Shown here one piece after another: positions 51,645 to 62,323 of a stretch of 64,000 nt of DNA (position 1 is the first letter of the stretch; every line of letters starts with the position of its first letter). The translations under genes and the position numbers were made by a program. The stretch is from positions 64,001-128,000 of the IMG/VR virus record IMGVR_UViG_3300013936_000011; one strand, given 5' to 3'. The stretch comes from a virus (Duplodnaviria > Caudoviricetes). Under the pieces are notes generated by a model. It was not told where the DNA came from. It did not search any database and was given only the letters and a program-made list of their open reading frames with translations.

Positions 51645-54600
51645 ATGGCTAGAAAATTTAATGCAGGTAGACAAGGCGAGTATCTAATGAACTCTCAATT
51701 GTTTGATGTATATAATGCTCTTAAATATATCAATTATAAAAATGTCACACCTACTCAAGATAAGCAAGCTGAAATACCAGATGGTGCTTTATGGGTAGAC
51801 ACTAGTCAAGGAACTAACATTTTAAAAAGATATGTAGCAGCATCACGTGATTGGATACCTATGTTTGAAGGATACTTTCAACCTTTGCCTATAACAGAAA
51901 ATCCTGTTAATCCTAGCGACGGACAAATCTGGATAGATCCTTCTGGAGTAATCAGATATTACGATAAACAAACTGCTAAGTGGAATGTAGCAGCAGCTAG
52001 ATCAGCAGCTAATGCAAATATATCTACAGCAGGTATACCTAATTTCTATATAACTCCAGAATTAAAATCATCATTTACAGATACTTATTCAGTTTCAAAT
52101 GTTAGTATAGGTAAATTATTTAGATATGATTCTCCAGAATCTGGTCGAGGATCTTATGTAGACGGTAGCCAATATGAAGATATAAATACTGTAGCAGTAT
52201 ATTATCCTAATAGTGCTAAATATGATTTAGCTTGGTGTAATGTTAACCCAGTAAGACTTAGTGGAAGTACTAAAAGACTTATAAAAGTAATAAATACAGA
52301 ACCTGGAGATGATCAGTACTTTGTAGAAACTACTACAACTAATACTGAGTTTTATGGTTTTAAAGAAGGAGACATTACTGGTACATTCTTAAGAAGTAGA
52401 GAATTAGTTTATGGCTCTGAAGATATAAGTAGCGAAAAGATGGCTAGTATAATAGCTTCAGATACTATCAGTGATTATGTAAGAGTCACAGGTGGAATTA
52501 AATTAATTAATAAAGGTAAGGATTACAAATATATATATGCTATCACTTATCATTTCGCAGATTCGGCTGAAAGAAATGACGGAGTTGTCTTATCAAATGG
52601 TACAACAATTGGTGAGATAAATGAAATAGAAGTTGGTGATATAAATGATAATAACCCTACATTATTCTTAGATGGTATATATCTTGAACAAAAAGATTAT
52701 TCATACGATAAAACAACTGGTATAATGAAATTTAATGGCGATGGAATTACTAATAGAATGTCTATGGTAGCAGTATCATTTACTCACACTCTATGTGAAT
52801 CTATAGGTGATGACGATATTATATTTAGCAATACTGAAATAGTAGATAACGATATAGTTATTAATAATTCTAGTGCATTAACAGATATAGATAGCTGGAC
52901 TACTCCAATAGCATTCGTATCTGGGGTTGCAGGTTTTGAACAAATAAGCGACCAAGTTACAATAGATAAAACGACTAATAGTATTACTGTTAAGGATTTC
53001 GGACCAGTTCTAGAAAATGAAAGCTATAGCATAATGTTAGTAGACATAGGTTCTGAGACTTATGATCATGGTACAGCAACTAAGAATGCTATTACAAGTG
53101 ATATTATAGTTTCAGATACAAGCGTGAAATATCTATTATTCATAGATGGTGTTTGTATGTCTCCTAAAGATCTTGTTATAAGTAATGGTCAAATAACTAT
53201 CTCTGGTGATTTATCTAATGATGTTGAATGGTTCTTAATAAGAATATCAAATACTGATACAGGTATTTATTTAATGTTCGATGAAGATGTATCATATTAT
53301 ACTACAATGATAACTGACCATAATAATAATACTATATATAATAATGCAGATATGGTTGTTGCATATTCTAAGAAACAAGGCTCTGAAACTTACGGTGTAT
53401 TAATAGATGATAAGTTTATTACAGATACTCCTGATGGCCTTACTAAATATGTAACAGGTCAAGTATTAAATATGGGTTATGAAGATGAATTAGGCGATAT
53501 TCAATATGCTTATCATATTTATAATAGCGACGGTACATATACATGGAAGAAATATGATGATGTATATGGAGAGAATAGTTACTTGGAAGTAGATGATATG
53601 GTTACTCAATATGCTACTGAAGGTTCATTATCTATAATGAGTAACAAGGGACTTGTAGGCTCTAATTTATACTATTATGCTTACACTTATGCAGATACAA
53701 TAGACGAACCTATTAGAATGGGTAGTAGAACATGTAAAATCAATTCATCAGAAGCTCCTGTCGTTGGTGATACTCAAGCTTTCTATACAAATAAGAATGA
53801 AGTATTTTTACATGGTAAAGGTTGTATAGCAGCATACGTTAATGGTATTATGCAAGAAGTCAGCGATACAACTACTATGGCTACATGTGAATTTATCATA
53901 CCTACAACTGTAGCTGATCCATATAAACAAAAATGGGGCAAACAAGAAGAGTTATATGCTATGTTTAAAGCATTTGATGATACAGTAACTCTTGGTAATC
54001 TTAAACAATTCATGGTCGACAATGGCGTTACATCTCTAGCAGCTTCAGAAGACGTTTACAATAAAATAAAAGTCTTACATGATGCAATAACAGAGTATGA
54101 ATCTGAAAATTCATTATGTTATATATTCGAAGAAATAGAAGCTGAAGAAAGTTATTCTGCTAATAGATTAACTGCAGATGCATCAATGAGATACGATATA
54201 TTCCCTAACACATATATATTTGAAAACTATTCTATAGGTGCGGGTACTATAAACGTATATCTTAACGGAGTATTCTTAGAAAAATCATGCTATTCAATAT
54301 TTGATGGAAACAAAATTATGATAAATAATATCGATACTGTAGGTGGTTCTGATCAATGGACTAAAGACGGAGACCATTATACAGATATGAAATACTACGA
54401 TGAATCTGATGGTACAGTTAAATGGATAGAATGTGACGAATGTGATTATGTAACTCTTGAGTTTAGACCTGATAATTCAGTTAAGAAAGTCACATATGAT
54501 GTAAAACAAATATCATATGATACGCAAAGTTTTGATACAGAAGATTATGAATTTCCAAGTTCTCTTAAGAACTCTAAGGACCTTATAAAAATATATATAA

Positions 54601-54785
54601 ACGGTATATTATATGACGGTACTTATGTTTTTAAAGACGGTGTATTATCATTAGATACTCCTGTATTAAATATGGATCCTATTGAATTATATTTCAACAG
54701 TCATCCTTACGAATATAAGATTTGGAAAAATAAAAATGGAGAATATATCGCTCCTAAAGATAGAGTAACTTTTGAATGGAGGTAA
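51645..54785 (+). CDS. Virion structural protein with repeated (F/Y)x(N/D)G beta-sandwich modules
   Basis: Two PxxGxLW/IW motifs at the N-terminus; LFLDG, LFIDG, AYVNG, VYLNG, IYING repeats. Start moved to ATG 51645 (SD CAGGTG). Confidence 0.55.
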   Translation: MARKFNAGRQGEYLMNSQLFDVYNALKYINYKNVTPTQDKQAEIPDGALWVDTSQGTNILKRYVAASRDWIPMFEGYFQPLPITENPVNPSDGQIWIDPSGVIRYYDKQTAKWNVAAARSAANANISTAGIPNFYITPELKSSFTDTYSVSNVSIGKLFRYDSPESGRGSYVDGSQYEDINTVAVYYPNSAKYDLAWCNVNPVRLSGSTKRLIKVINTEPGDDQYFVETTTTNTEFYGFKEGDITGTFLRSRELVYGSEDISSEKMASIIASDTISDYVRVTGGIKLINKGKDYKYIYAITYHFADSAERNDGVVLSNGTTIGEINEIEVGDINDNNPTLFLDGIYLEQKDYSYDKTTGIMKFNGDGITNRMSMVAVSFTHTLCESIGDDDIIFSNTEIVDNDIVINNSSALTDIDSWTTPIAFVSGVAGFEQISDQVTIDKTTNSITVKDFGPVLENESYSIMLVDIGSETYDHGTATKNAITSDIIVSDTSVKYLLFIDGVCMSPKDLVISNGQITISGDLSNDVEWFLIRISNTDTGIYLMFDEDVSYYTTMITDHNNNTIYNNADMVVAYSKKQGSETYGVLIDDKFITDTPDGLTKYVTGQVLNMGYEDELGDIQYAYHIYNSDGTYTWKKYDDVYGENSYLEVDDMVTQYATEGSLSIMSNKGLVGSNLYYYAYTYADTIDEPIRMGSRTCKINSSEAPVVGDTQAFYTNKNEVFLHGKGCIAAYVNGIMQEVSDTTTMATCEFIIPTTVADPYKQKWGKQEELYAMFKAFDDTVTLGNLKQFMVDNGVTSLAASEDVYNKIKVLHDAITEYESENSLCYIFEEIEAEESYSANRLTADASMRYDIFPNTYIFENYSIGAGTINVYLNGVFLEKSCYSIFDGNKIMINNIDTVGGSDQWTKDGDHYTDMKYYDESDGTVKWIECDECDYVTLEFRPDNSVKKVTYDVKQISYDTQSFDTEDYEFPSSLKNSKDLIKIYINGILYDGTYVFKDGVLSLDTPVLNMDPIELYFNSHPYEYKIWKNKNGEYIAPKDRVTFEWR

Positions 54786-54789
54786 GAAT

Positions 54790-56628
54790 ATGGCAAAAGG
54801 AAAAATTAGCTTAGGACAATTGCCAATGGATCAAATAGATGCTTACTTAAGTATAGTTTGTGGTTATACCAGAAAATCTGAAAAAGCTACTGATACAGAA
54901 CAAGTAGGTGGCATAGATGCTGAAAAAATAGCATTAGCAGCTCAAGATGATGAAGGCAATCTTATTGAAGACAGAAATACAGTTCAAAACGCTTTAAAAC
55001 TTGGCGGAATAGATGCCAACGAATATATAACTAAAGGCAATTCTCAAACAGTAATGAAAGATACTTACGCTGTATCTGATATAGTAAGTGATGAATTAAA
55101 ATCTAATCGTGATGAAATGTATCAGATGCAAGCTCAACTTGTAAAAGCAGGATTTGTAAAAGATACAGAACCTTATAATGGCTTTTATGATGCATTTAAA
55201 TCAGGAAATGAAAAATATATAAATGAAATAATAACTTCTATAAATAGTGGTTCTGGTAATACAGTAGCTGTTGCAGATGCACAAGAATTGTCTCCTAATG
55301 AATATATAGCAGTAGATAATAACGTAGCTAAAATAGATAGTATAACTGGACAAAATGTTGTACTTAACAATGCTATAGGTACTGCAGGAGATATATATAA
55401 GACAGCTGGTATTTATCATCAAGGCGAATTTGTATTCGGTACAGAAGATAAAAATAACTCTCAAGGAGAAACTACAAGAGCTGTAGTTAAAGATGGTAGC
55501 AATCGTAGAGTTGTTTATACTTTATCTGAATCTGTAACTGGATTTGGTACAGTATTACGTGAATGGGTATCTGTACAAGGTTCATTAGATAAAGTGCAAG
55601 TAAGCCTTGGATGTCTTGGTAGACCAGGTAGCATACAAATGAAAATATACAGAATAGATAATGAAGATGATTTAGTAAATGGATTATATCTATTAGGCGA
55701 AAGTGACTATTTAAGCAGTAGTACAATGTCTGCATCATTAAATAATGTAGAGTTTTCATTTAAAGATAGAGTTATTATAGAACCTGGATTCGATCATTTA
55801 ATATTATTAGAAGCACAAGGAATAAGTACTAACAATACTTATATCATAGGTGGATATACTGAACCAGATGCTAACAGTGCATTCTATACAGATGATGTAT
55901 ATATTCAATCTAATGACGGAACTCTTGCTCCTAATTATGGTATAAAGGCAGATATGTTCCTATGCTTATATTTAAAAGAAATAAAGACAAGCGCAATAAC
56001 TTATAATAAGAATGGTTTATATTCTTGCTATAAAGAAATGATGTATGATGATTTTACTAGATTACGTGTTCAAATGAAAGTAAATCGTGAAGGTATATAC
56101 ACTGTAGCAAGTAATAGTGTTGTTACTGCAGCTAATAGTGCTTTACTATTAGAAGGTGAAGATAATGGCGTATTTGCTAAAGATGATAAAATCGTTATAG
56201 GACAAAATATTTATACTATAAATACTAAGAACGCTGGAGATACTAGCATAACATTAACAGAAAATGCTTATACTCCTCATGGTGCTGATGTTTATAGAAT
56301 GGGTTATAAGGTCGTAGTAAAAGCTAGACATAAAACTATAGATTTAAATAACGTAACTAATCCTATTACATATAGTGAACCTAAGATAGTAGAAGTCCCA
56401 TTAAAAGCTATCATACCTGGCAAAGAACCAGATAAAGAAGACTTTTCAAGTGATAGATTAATATTCGAAGTTGACTTAAGAGACCAATTAGGAGATCTTG
56501 AAGCATTCAACTGCTTTGAAGTTCAAATCTATTGGAATAGCAATTTAGGTGCAAATAATATATCAGATAGCACTTGCGGTAAGATATTAGATTTAACAAT
56601 ATCAACTGATAAGAGTTATGCTCATTAA
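54790..56628 (+). CDS. Virion structural protein (fibre-like N-terminus, beta-rich C-terminus)
   Basis: DTEQVGGIDA / NALKLGGIDA fibre repeats and a coiled coil; start moved to ATG 54790 (SD GGAGGT). Confidence 0.55.
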   Translation: MAKGKISLGQLPMDQIDAYLSIVCGYTRKSEKATDTEQVGGIDAEKIALAAQDDEGNLIEDRNTVQNALKLGGIDANEYITKGNSQTVMKDTYAVSDIVSDELKSNRDEMYQMQAQLVKAGFVKDTEPYNGFYDAFKSGNEKYINEIITSINSGSGNTVAVADAQELSPNEYIAVDNNVAKIDSITGQNVVLNNAIGTAGDIYKTAGIYHQGEFVFGTEDKNNSQGETTRAVVKDGSNRRVVYTLSESVTGFGTVLREWVSVQGSLDKVQVSLGCLGRPGSIQMKIYRIDNEDDLVNGLYLLGESDYLSSSTMSASLNNVEFSFKDRVIIEPGFDHLILLEAQGISTNNTYIIGGYTEPDANSAFYTDDVYIQSNDGTLAPNYGIKADMFLCLYLKEIKTSAITYNKNGLYSCYKEMMYDDFTRLRVQMKVNREGIYTVASNSVVTAANSALLLEGEDNGVFAKDDKIVIGQNIYTINTKNAGDTSITLTENAYTPHGADVYRMGYKVVVKARHKTIDLNNVTNPITYSEPKIVEVPLKAIIPGKEPDKEDFSSDRLIFEVDLRDQLGDLEAFNCFEVQIYWNSNLGANNISDSTCGKILDLTISTDKSYAH

Positions 56629-56643
56629 TAGGAGGTGATATGT

Positions 56644-58158
56644 ATGGGAATGAAAAAGATAAGCGAAAACGTTGTAGCTTTAGGAAGATCACTTACACTT
56701 ATTAATGATCAAGTCAGAGATAATACGAATATACAAAAAGGTGCATTAAAGACTCAAACTACAGGTTCTACTTATACAGTCAATATACCTGTAGAAGAAA
56801 ATAATTCATATAAAGATGTAACTGTAAGTTATACTAGCGGATTAAAATATAAAGCTGATACTAACAAATACGTATCATTTGATGCTAAAGGTATACTAGA
56901 ACCATTAAGTATTGATGCTGAAGTAATGTTAGAAACTCATTCTATATATGCACGTTGTTTAAATACAGGATGCGTTATAACTGATAAGCTTGCTGAACAA
57001 GCAGTAACAACATCTAAAATAAAAGACGCTAACGTTACTACTGAAAAGATAAAAGACTTAGCAGTGACTACTCCTAAATTAGCTGAAGGCGCAGTAGTTA
57101 ACAGTAAGATAGCTGATAAGACTATAGTAGCATATGAAAAAATAGTTCCTAGCACTGTTACTACAGAATTATTAGTTGACTATTCAGTAACTAGTAGAAA
57201 AATCGCAGACGGTGCTGTTATTAACGAGAAACTTGGAACTCATGCTGTTACTACTGAGAAGATAGCTGATAAAACAATAACTAATACTAATATAGCAGAT
57301 AAGACTATACTTAGCTCTAATATAGCTGACGGAGCAATAGAAACAATAAACCTTAAAGACCTATCTGTTAGCACAGCTAAATTACAAGATGGTTCAGTTA
57401 CAACTCCTAAACTTGCAGATGGAGCAGTTACTTCAGAAAAGATAGCAGACAATACTATTACAGCAAACAATATAAAACAAGGTGCAATCAATAGTGAATG
57501 TATAGAAAATGAAACTATAATTACAGAAGATCTTCATGACGAATGCGTCACTCTAGAAAAACTTGCACCAGATGTATTTGGTAAAGTTAATGACGCAGTT
57601 ATATATGAAAACAGTAATCCTGATTATAAAATAAATTATGGCACAGCTCATAATCATATGGTACAAATAAAAAGAACTGTAGATGGCGAAAAACAAGATA
57701 CAGATTTATATGTATCAGGTCATATATATGCAGCTGGTAATATAGAAGGTGCTAGAGTTTATAATATGGCATATGCAGATATAGCCGAAGGTTATATACC
57801 AGGTGAAGAATTAGAACCAGGCGATATAGTAGAACTAAGAGAAAATGGTAAGGTTTATAAAGCTGGTATGCATAATGGATTTGCAGCAGCAACTGTCGGA
57901 GTAATAACTGACGAATATGCAGCATGTTATGGGGCAACAGAAGCTGAAATACTAAGCGGTGAAAAAGTTGCTGTAGCTTTAGTCGGTAAAGTACATGTTA
58001 AAGTAGATGGTTCTGCTTATATAGGTTCTGCAATTAGCGTATCAGATGTACCAGGAGCAGGTACTTTATATGAAGGAGGAATTGTTATAGGTAGAGCATT
58101 AGAAACTTCAAAGCAACGTGGAGTTCATAAAGTATTATGTCTAGTTCGACCTTGTTAA
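56644..58158 (+). CDS. Tail fibre/appendage protein with 10-aa AVTTxKIAD repeats and C-terminal peptidase G2-like autocleaving chaperone
   Basis: About 20 decamer repeats (56970-57570); YADIAEGY......EPGDIV....G...VGVI....A...VALVGKVHVKV.G....G......PG.G...IGRALE from about 57772. Start at ATG 56644 (SD GGAGGTG). Confidence 0.8.
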   Translation: MGMKKISENVVALGRSLTLINDQVRDNTNIQKGALKTQTTGSTYTVNIPVEENNSYKDVTVSYTSGLKYKADTNKYVSFDAKGILEPLSIDAEVMLETHSIYARCLNTGCVITDKLAEQAVTTSKIKDANVTTEKIKDLAVTTPKLAEGAVVNSKIADKTIVAYEKIVPSTVTTELLVDYSVTSRKIADGAVINEKLGTHAVTTEKIADKTITNTNIADKTILSSNIADGAIETINLKDLSVSTAKLQDGSVTTPKLADGAVTSEKIADNTITANNIKQGAINSECIENETIITEDLHDECVTLEKLAPDVFGKVNDAVIYENSNPDYKINYGTAHNHMVQIKRTVDGEKQDTDLYVSGHIYAAGNIEGARVYNMAYADIAEGYIPGEELEPGDIVELRENGKVYKAGMHNGFAAATVGVITDEYAACYGATEAEILSGEKVAVALVGKVHVKVDGSAYIGSAISVSDVPGAGTLYEGGIVIGRALETSKQRGVHKVLCLVRPC

Positions 58159-58175
58159 TATAGATACAGAATTAT

Positions 58176-58202
58176 AAGACGAGGATTTATCCTCGTCTTT
58201 TT
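58176..58202 (+). terminator. Intrinsic terminator
   Basis: aagacgagga-ttta-tcctcgtctt perfect 10-bp stem followed by Ts. Confidence 0.9.
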
Positions 58203-58203
58203 G

Positions 58204-58218
58204 GTAATAAGAAAATAG
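58204..58218 (+). promoter_or_regulatory. Candidate late promoter element GTAATA-N5-ATAG
   Basis: GTAATA AGAAA ATAG directly after the terminator, 31 nt before ATG 58235. Confidence 0.55.
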
Positions 58219-58234
58219 ATAAGGAGGTATGCAT

Positions 58235-59749
58235 ATGTTAAAAGATTCTATTGATTTTGACTATAACTTAGAACAAATAAATCAAGAAATTGATTCTGAA
58301 ATCCAGCTACAAGATGAAATCATGGACAGTGAAAAAATGAATAATACATTTTCTACTATAGAATCTAATCTTAATTCACTATACGAGAAAACACGTTATT
58401 TAGAAGACGCTATAGAATATGCTAAAACTTTTGCAGAGCTTAAGATAAATGAATATACTACAGATATAAATAGTATGATAAAGTCTATTGAAGATATAAG
58501 CAACATAAGTCGTAATCTAGGATATGTGCAATACGAAGTTCCATTCGTAGAAGGTGTAATAGATATTCCTGATAGAAACAAGGATTATAAAATCAAACCT
58601 TGTAAAGTACGTGAAAGCACAACTTCTGATAATAAGAAATGCGATATTATAACTCTTAACAATTACGTTAATCAAACATATAAAATAAATTCTGTAACTT
58701 CAAAATGCGATCAAGTTCCATTTGACAGTAATTTAGCTGATTTCGATGGCAGCAATAAATATACAACATTGTATCTGGAACAAAAACCTGTTGAAGGTGA
58801 TTTAGTGCAAACAATGACAGTAGCGCTTGCTGAACCGAGTGAGATTAATGAACTTGAAATAACTCCTGTAAATTGTTATATAGAAAACATAAGATACGTT
58901 TACGTAAATGGCATAGAGGAATATGCAGGAGATTTAATAACAGGAATAGAACCAGAGTCTCGTATAGTTACACATGTTAAATTTGATATGAGATGTAATA
59001 AATACAATACAATTACATACGAATTAGATAAAGAAGCTTTGTCTATGAATGCCTGGGACTTTGTTAGAAGCGCGGAATATCCTACTGTTGTTGCAGATAC
59101 TAAACTAGATACTGATATAATATTGTCTCGTACAGAAATTAATTCTAGTGGTAACACAGTTACTAAATCTTATAAAACAGCTAAACAAGTAGAGAAAGTA
59201 GATATGTATGTATATAATTTTGGGCTAGATTCATTAAAAGTTAACAGAGTAGAGCTATATGAAGATGGCTATTTCTTGTCAGATCCTATTAGCATAGGTG
59301 ACTTTTCATCTAATGAATATGTACAACTAGCTGTAGATGACAGTATAGTATCAGGATGCGGAGTAGAATATTATATTGTAGATGGGGATGTAGATAAAAG
59401 TATTGTACCTGTAGGCACTAAGATAATTACAGATGAAATGATATTCCCTGATACAGATTTGCGTTTCACAGTAGATGATGATTTACATAGTGATGGTTTA
59501 CGACAAATCAAGAAAGACGGATTAAATGTAAATATATCATTAGAAGATGCTAAGACTTCATATGATGGCAGATATTCTGCAGATTATCAACCTTTAAGTG
59601 AGTATTATAACTATACTCCTCTAAACAATACTATAAGGGTTAAAGCAATTATAAGAACTTATGGAGATCAAATAGATGCTATCCCTTATATTAAATCAAT
59701 ATCAGTTAATAAATATGGAGGGAATACATTATGGACAAATCTATATTAG
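58235..59749 (+). CDS. Hypothetical virion (probably baseplate-peripheral) protein with helical N-terminus
   Basis: MDSEKMNNTFSTIESNLNSLYEK coiled coil then beta-rich body; SD AAGGAGG favours ATG 58235. Confidence 0.5.
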   Translation: MLKDSIDFDYNLEQINQEIDSEIQLQDEIMDSEKMNNTFSTIESNLNSLYEKTRYLEDAIEYAKTFAELKINEYTTDINSMIKSIEDISNISRNLGYVQYEVPFVEGVIDIPDRNKDYKIKPCKVRESTTSDNKKCDIITLNNYVNQTYKINSVTSKCDQVPFDSNLADFDGSNKYTTLYLEQKPVEGDLVQTMTVALAEPSEINELEITPVNCYIENIRYVYVNGIEEYAGDLITGIEPESRIVTHVKFDMRCNKYNTITYELDKEALSMNAWDFVRSAEYPTVVADTKLDTDIILSRTEINSSGNTVTKSYKTAKQVEKVDMYVYNFGLDSLKVNRVELYEDGYFLSDPISIGDFSSNEYVQLAVDDSIVSGCGVEYYIVDGDVDKSIVPVGTKIITDEMIFPDTDLRFTVDDDLHSDGLRQIKKDGLNVNISLEDAKTSYDGRYSADYQPLSEYYNYTPLNNTIRVKAIIRTYGDQIDAIPYIKSISVNKYGGNTLWTNLY

Positions 59750-61083
59750 ACGAAAAAAGATCACTTCTTTTATCAGACTACACTCCTAAATATGAACAAT
59801 TATATATTCATCCCGAAGAAGGAGAAGATTTTAGAATTAATACTGCTTTACAAGATATTAAAAGCGATATAGATAAAATAGATAATCTATTAATAGATAA
59901 AGGTAATGCAGTTTCTACTCTATTGTCAGATACTATTACTAGACTAGATTTAGTTAAAGATAAAATACTGGCTGAAAAAGAACGTATACAAGATATTAAA
60001 ATGCTATGCAATAAATACACAGACTTTGATAAAGTCATTACTATAAACGATAAGAATTCAACTGGACAATATAGTTATACTGATAATTCATTCTTATCTT
60101 ATATTAAGAGCTATAAGAAAAATACATTATATATTAACGATGTAGTAGGCAATGGAAACGAAGGAAATCCATATGTATATCTTAATGGCACATACGTACA
60201 GTATTCTATAAATACTGCTGATAGAAAATCTTTATCTGATAACTCTATTAATTCTTATTGGGAGTATCAGAGAATAACAGCTTCAACTACTGAACAATAT
60301 TTAATACATGATTTCTATACAGATAGTGAAGAAGCTAAATGCACTATAACTATGAGCTCATCAACTAAAATGAATGAACTACAAATAATGACTCCGATAG
60401 ATAGCACAAAGGTAATAGGACTTCAATATTCTAATGATGGAGTAAATTATACAGCAGCAACTATACCAGACATAACATTTGATAAATTAGATAGCTATGA
60501 AAACACAGGATACATATATGGTTCTAGTTTAATATCTGTACCTAACTGTTATTTCGTTAAGCTAACATTACAATCTAATAGTTCTAATAACGATACTATT
60601 GCATATGAGCGTACTATGTTTAAAGACGAAACATTTAATGAAGATGAAGTAAATGATACTAAGACTGAAACTACTTTTATTCAAAGTGCTAAACGTCATG
60701 TAATTAAGATAAATGATTTATATTCTTATTCTAATCAATATATCAATACTTCTTATTTTACAACAGATAATCTAGTAGATGGTACAGATGATGTATATGC
60801 TGTTAGTGTATTCGCTAACGTATATATACCTTCACAATTATCAGATGATAGCGTAGAGTTTACACTAACTGTAAATGGTATAGATTATGAAGTACAACCA
60901 ATTAATAGTGAGTTAGACGGCGTAAAGGTTATACGTTATTCTAAAGGCAAATCAAAAACAGAATATACTGAACTTACTGATGAAGTTATCAATTCAGTAA
61001 TATTAACTGTTAAGATAAAATCTGCTAAGAACCTAACTCCATATATCAATAACGTAAAAGTATTATTAGGAGGTGAAGTATAA
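59731..61083 (+). CDS. Hypothetical virion protein with helical N-terminus
   Basis: INTALQDIKSDIDKI coiled coil; C-terminal TPYINNVKV parallels IPYIKSISV of the upstream gene; 19-nt overlap, SD GGAGG. Confidence 0.5.
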   Translation: MDKSILDEKRSLLLSDYTPKYEQLYIHPEEGEDFRINTALQDIKSDIDKIDNLLIDKGNAVSTLLSDTITRLDLVKDKILAEKERIQDIKMLCNKYTDFDKVITINDKNSTGQYSYTDNSFLSYIKSYKKNTLYINDVVGNGNEGNPYVYLNGTYVQYSINTADRKSLSDNSINSYWEYQRITASTTEQYLIHDFYTDSEEAKCTITMSSSTKMNELQIMTPIDSTKVIGLQYSNDGVNYTAATIPDITFDKLDSYENTGYIYGSSLISVPNCYFVKLTLQSNSSNNDTIAYERTMFKDETFNEDEVNDTKTETTFIQSAKRHVIKINDLYSYSNQYINTSYFTTDNLVDGTDDVYAVSVFANVYIPSQLSDDSVEFTLTVNGIDYEVQPINSELDGVKVIRYSKGKSKTEYTELTDEVINSVILTVKIKSAKNLTPYINNVKVLLGGEV

Positions 61084-62309
61084 TGGCAATAGAAGTAAAA
61101 GACGCTGACTTATATAAAGATATGATGTTAAAACTTCAATACTATAAAGAAGAAGTAATTAAATCATTTATACGACAAGGATATTATCCTTCTAATGATG
61201 AAATAGTAGCTGCACTAGAAGATATAGATTATCGCAGTGCATTATTTGAAACATATATGTCTAAAGAAGGCTCTCTGTTTAACACCAAAGAAATCAATTA
61301 TATGTTTGAATGTATCTATAAAGACTTAGAAATATTATACAGTGTTTTACAAGATATACTTATTAAAGATTATAACGATCTTAGATTATATATAGAAACA
61401 CACATTGCTGACTTAGAAAGTACAGCTAAAGAGCTCGAAGCACGCTGTAATGAAGAGATGGCTCGTACAGTATTTGGTAATACTATATTCTTCAGAGCAG
61501 GTAACTGGAATATATCTACTGATGATGAATATACAATAGTAGATTTTGGAGAATTGAATTTAATTCAAGGTTCTGAGATAGCATTGTTTGCAGACGTAGA
61601 AAATATAGAAGCGAATAAAGTATCTTTTAAATTAACAGCTACTAACGATGAACAAAACAAATATTCTTTCGATGCTTTGCCTTATAACTATAATGACAAT
61701 ACTTACACAGTTCCAGGAGAAATGGGATGCAATAAATACAAAATGGTATTATCAGCTGGAACAATAGTTAATGGTAACATAAGTGTCAATCTAGCTACTG
61801 ATCCTGTTAATGATTATAAAATACTTGGCGGCGTTGATAAAATGCAAGTAACTTATAAGGATAACTCTACTACTATAATAAGAGATTTTGCTTATGATAC
61901 TAATCAATTCATAGCAGAGAAGGCTTGCTATATACAATTCTATTATATAGATGGGGATTTATTAGAATATAATTTTAATCAAAAGCCTAATCATTGTAAT
62001 TTCTCTATAGTAGACGGCTATGTATCTTCTGACGTTAAAATAAGAAAGGTATTTCTAGATGTTCCTGCAGGCTTTGCATGTTATTTCAAAAAGTCAAATG
62101 ACAAAGGAGAAATTTGGGCCGTGGCTGAAGATGGCATACCAAATACACCTAATACTTTACTCTATACAGGTAATAGAGATATAGAAGATTTTGAGATAAG
62201 AGAATATGTCAAGAGCAATCTAATAAATTATAATTTTAAGATGTATATAAAATCAATAAAGGATGTAGCAAAACTTATTAACAGCGTATGTATTAAACAA
62301 TTAGATTAG
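61083..62309 (+). CDS. Hypothetical virion protein with helical N-terminus
   Basis: FNTKEINYMFECIYKDLEILY motif; TAATG overlap; SD AGGAGGTG. Confidence 0.5.
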   Translation: MAIEVKDADLYKDMMLKLQYYKEEVIKSFIRQGYYPSNDEIVAALEDIDYRSALFETYMSKEGSLFNTKEINYMFECIYKDLEILYSVLQDILIKDYNDLRLYIETHIADLESTAKELEARCNEEMARTVFGNTIFFRAGNWNISTDDEYTIVDFGELNLIQGSEIALFADVENIEANKVSFKLTATNDEQNKYSFDALPYNYNDNTYTVPGEMGCNKYKMVLSAGTIVNGNISVNLATDPVNDYKILGGVDKMQVTYKDNSTTIIRDFAYDTNQFIAEKACYIQFYYIDGDLLEYNFNQKPNHCNFSIVDGYVSSDVKIRKVFLDVPAGFACYFKKSNDKGEIWAVAEDGIPNTPNTLLYTGNRDIEDFEIREYVKSNLINYNFKMYIKSIKDVAKLINSVCIKQLD

Positions 62310-62323
62310 AAAGGAGGACTCAT

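Noticed and set aside
947-60038. Short minus-strand and alternate-frame ORFs in the track (e.g. 20533-20931, 27429-27917, 28902-29303, 1243-1512)
   Set aside because: All overlap long + strand genes, show antisense-shadow composition (Ser/Leu/Ile/Val-rich) and carry no recognisable motifs.
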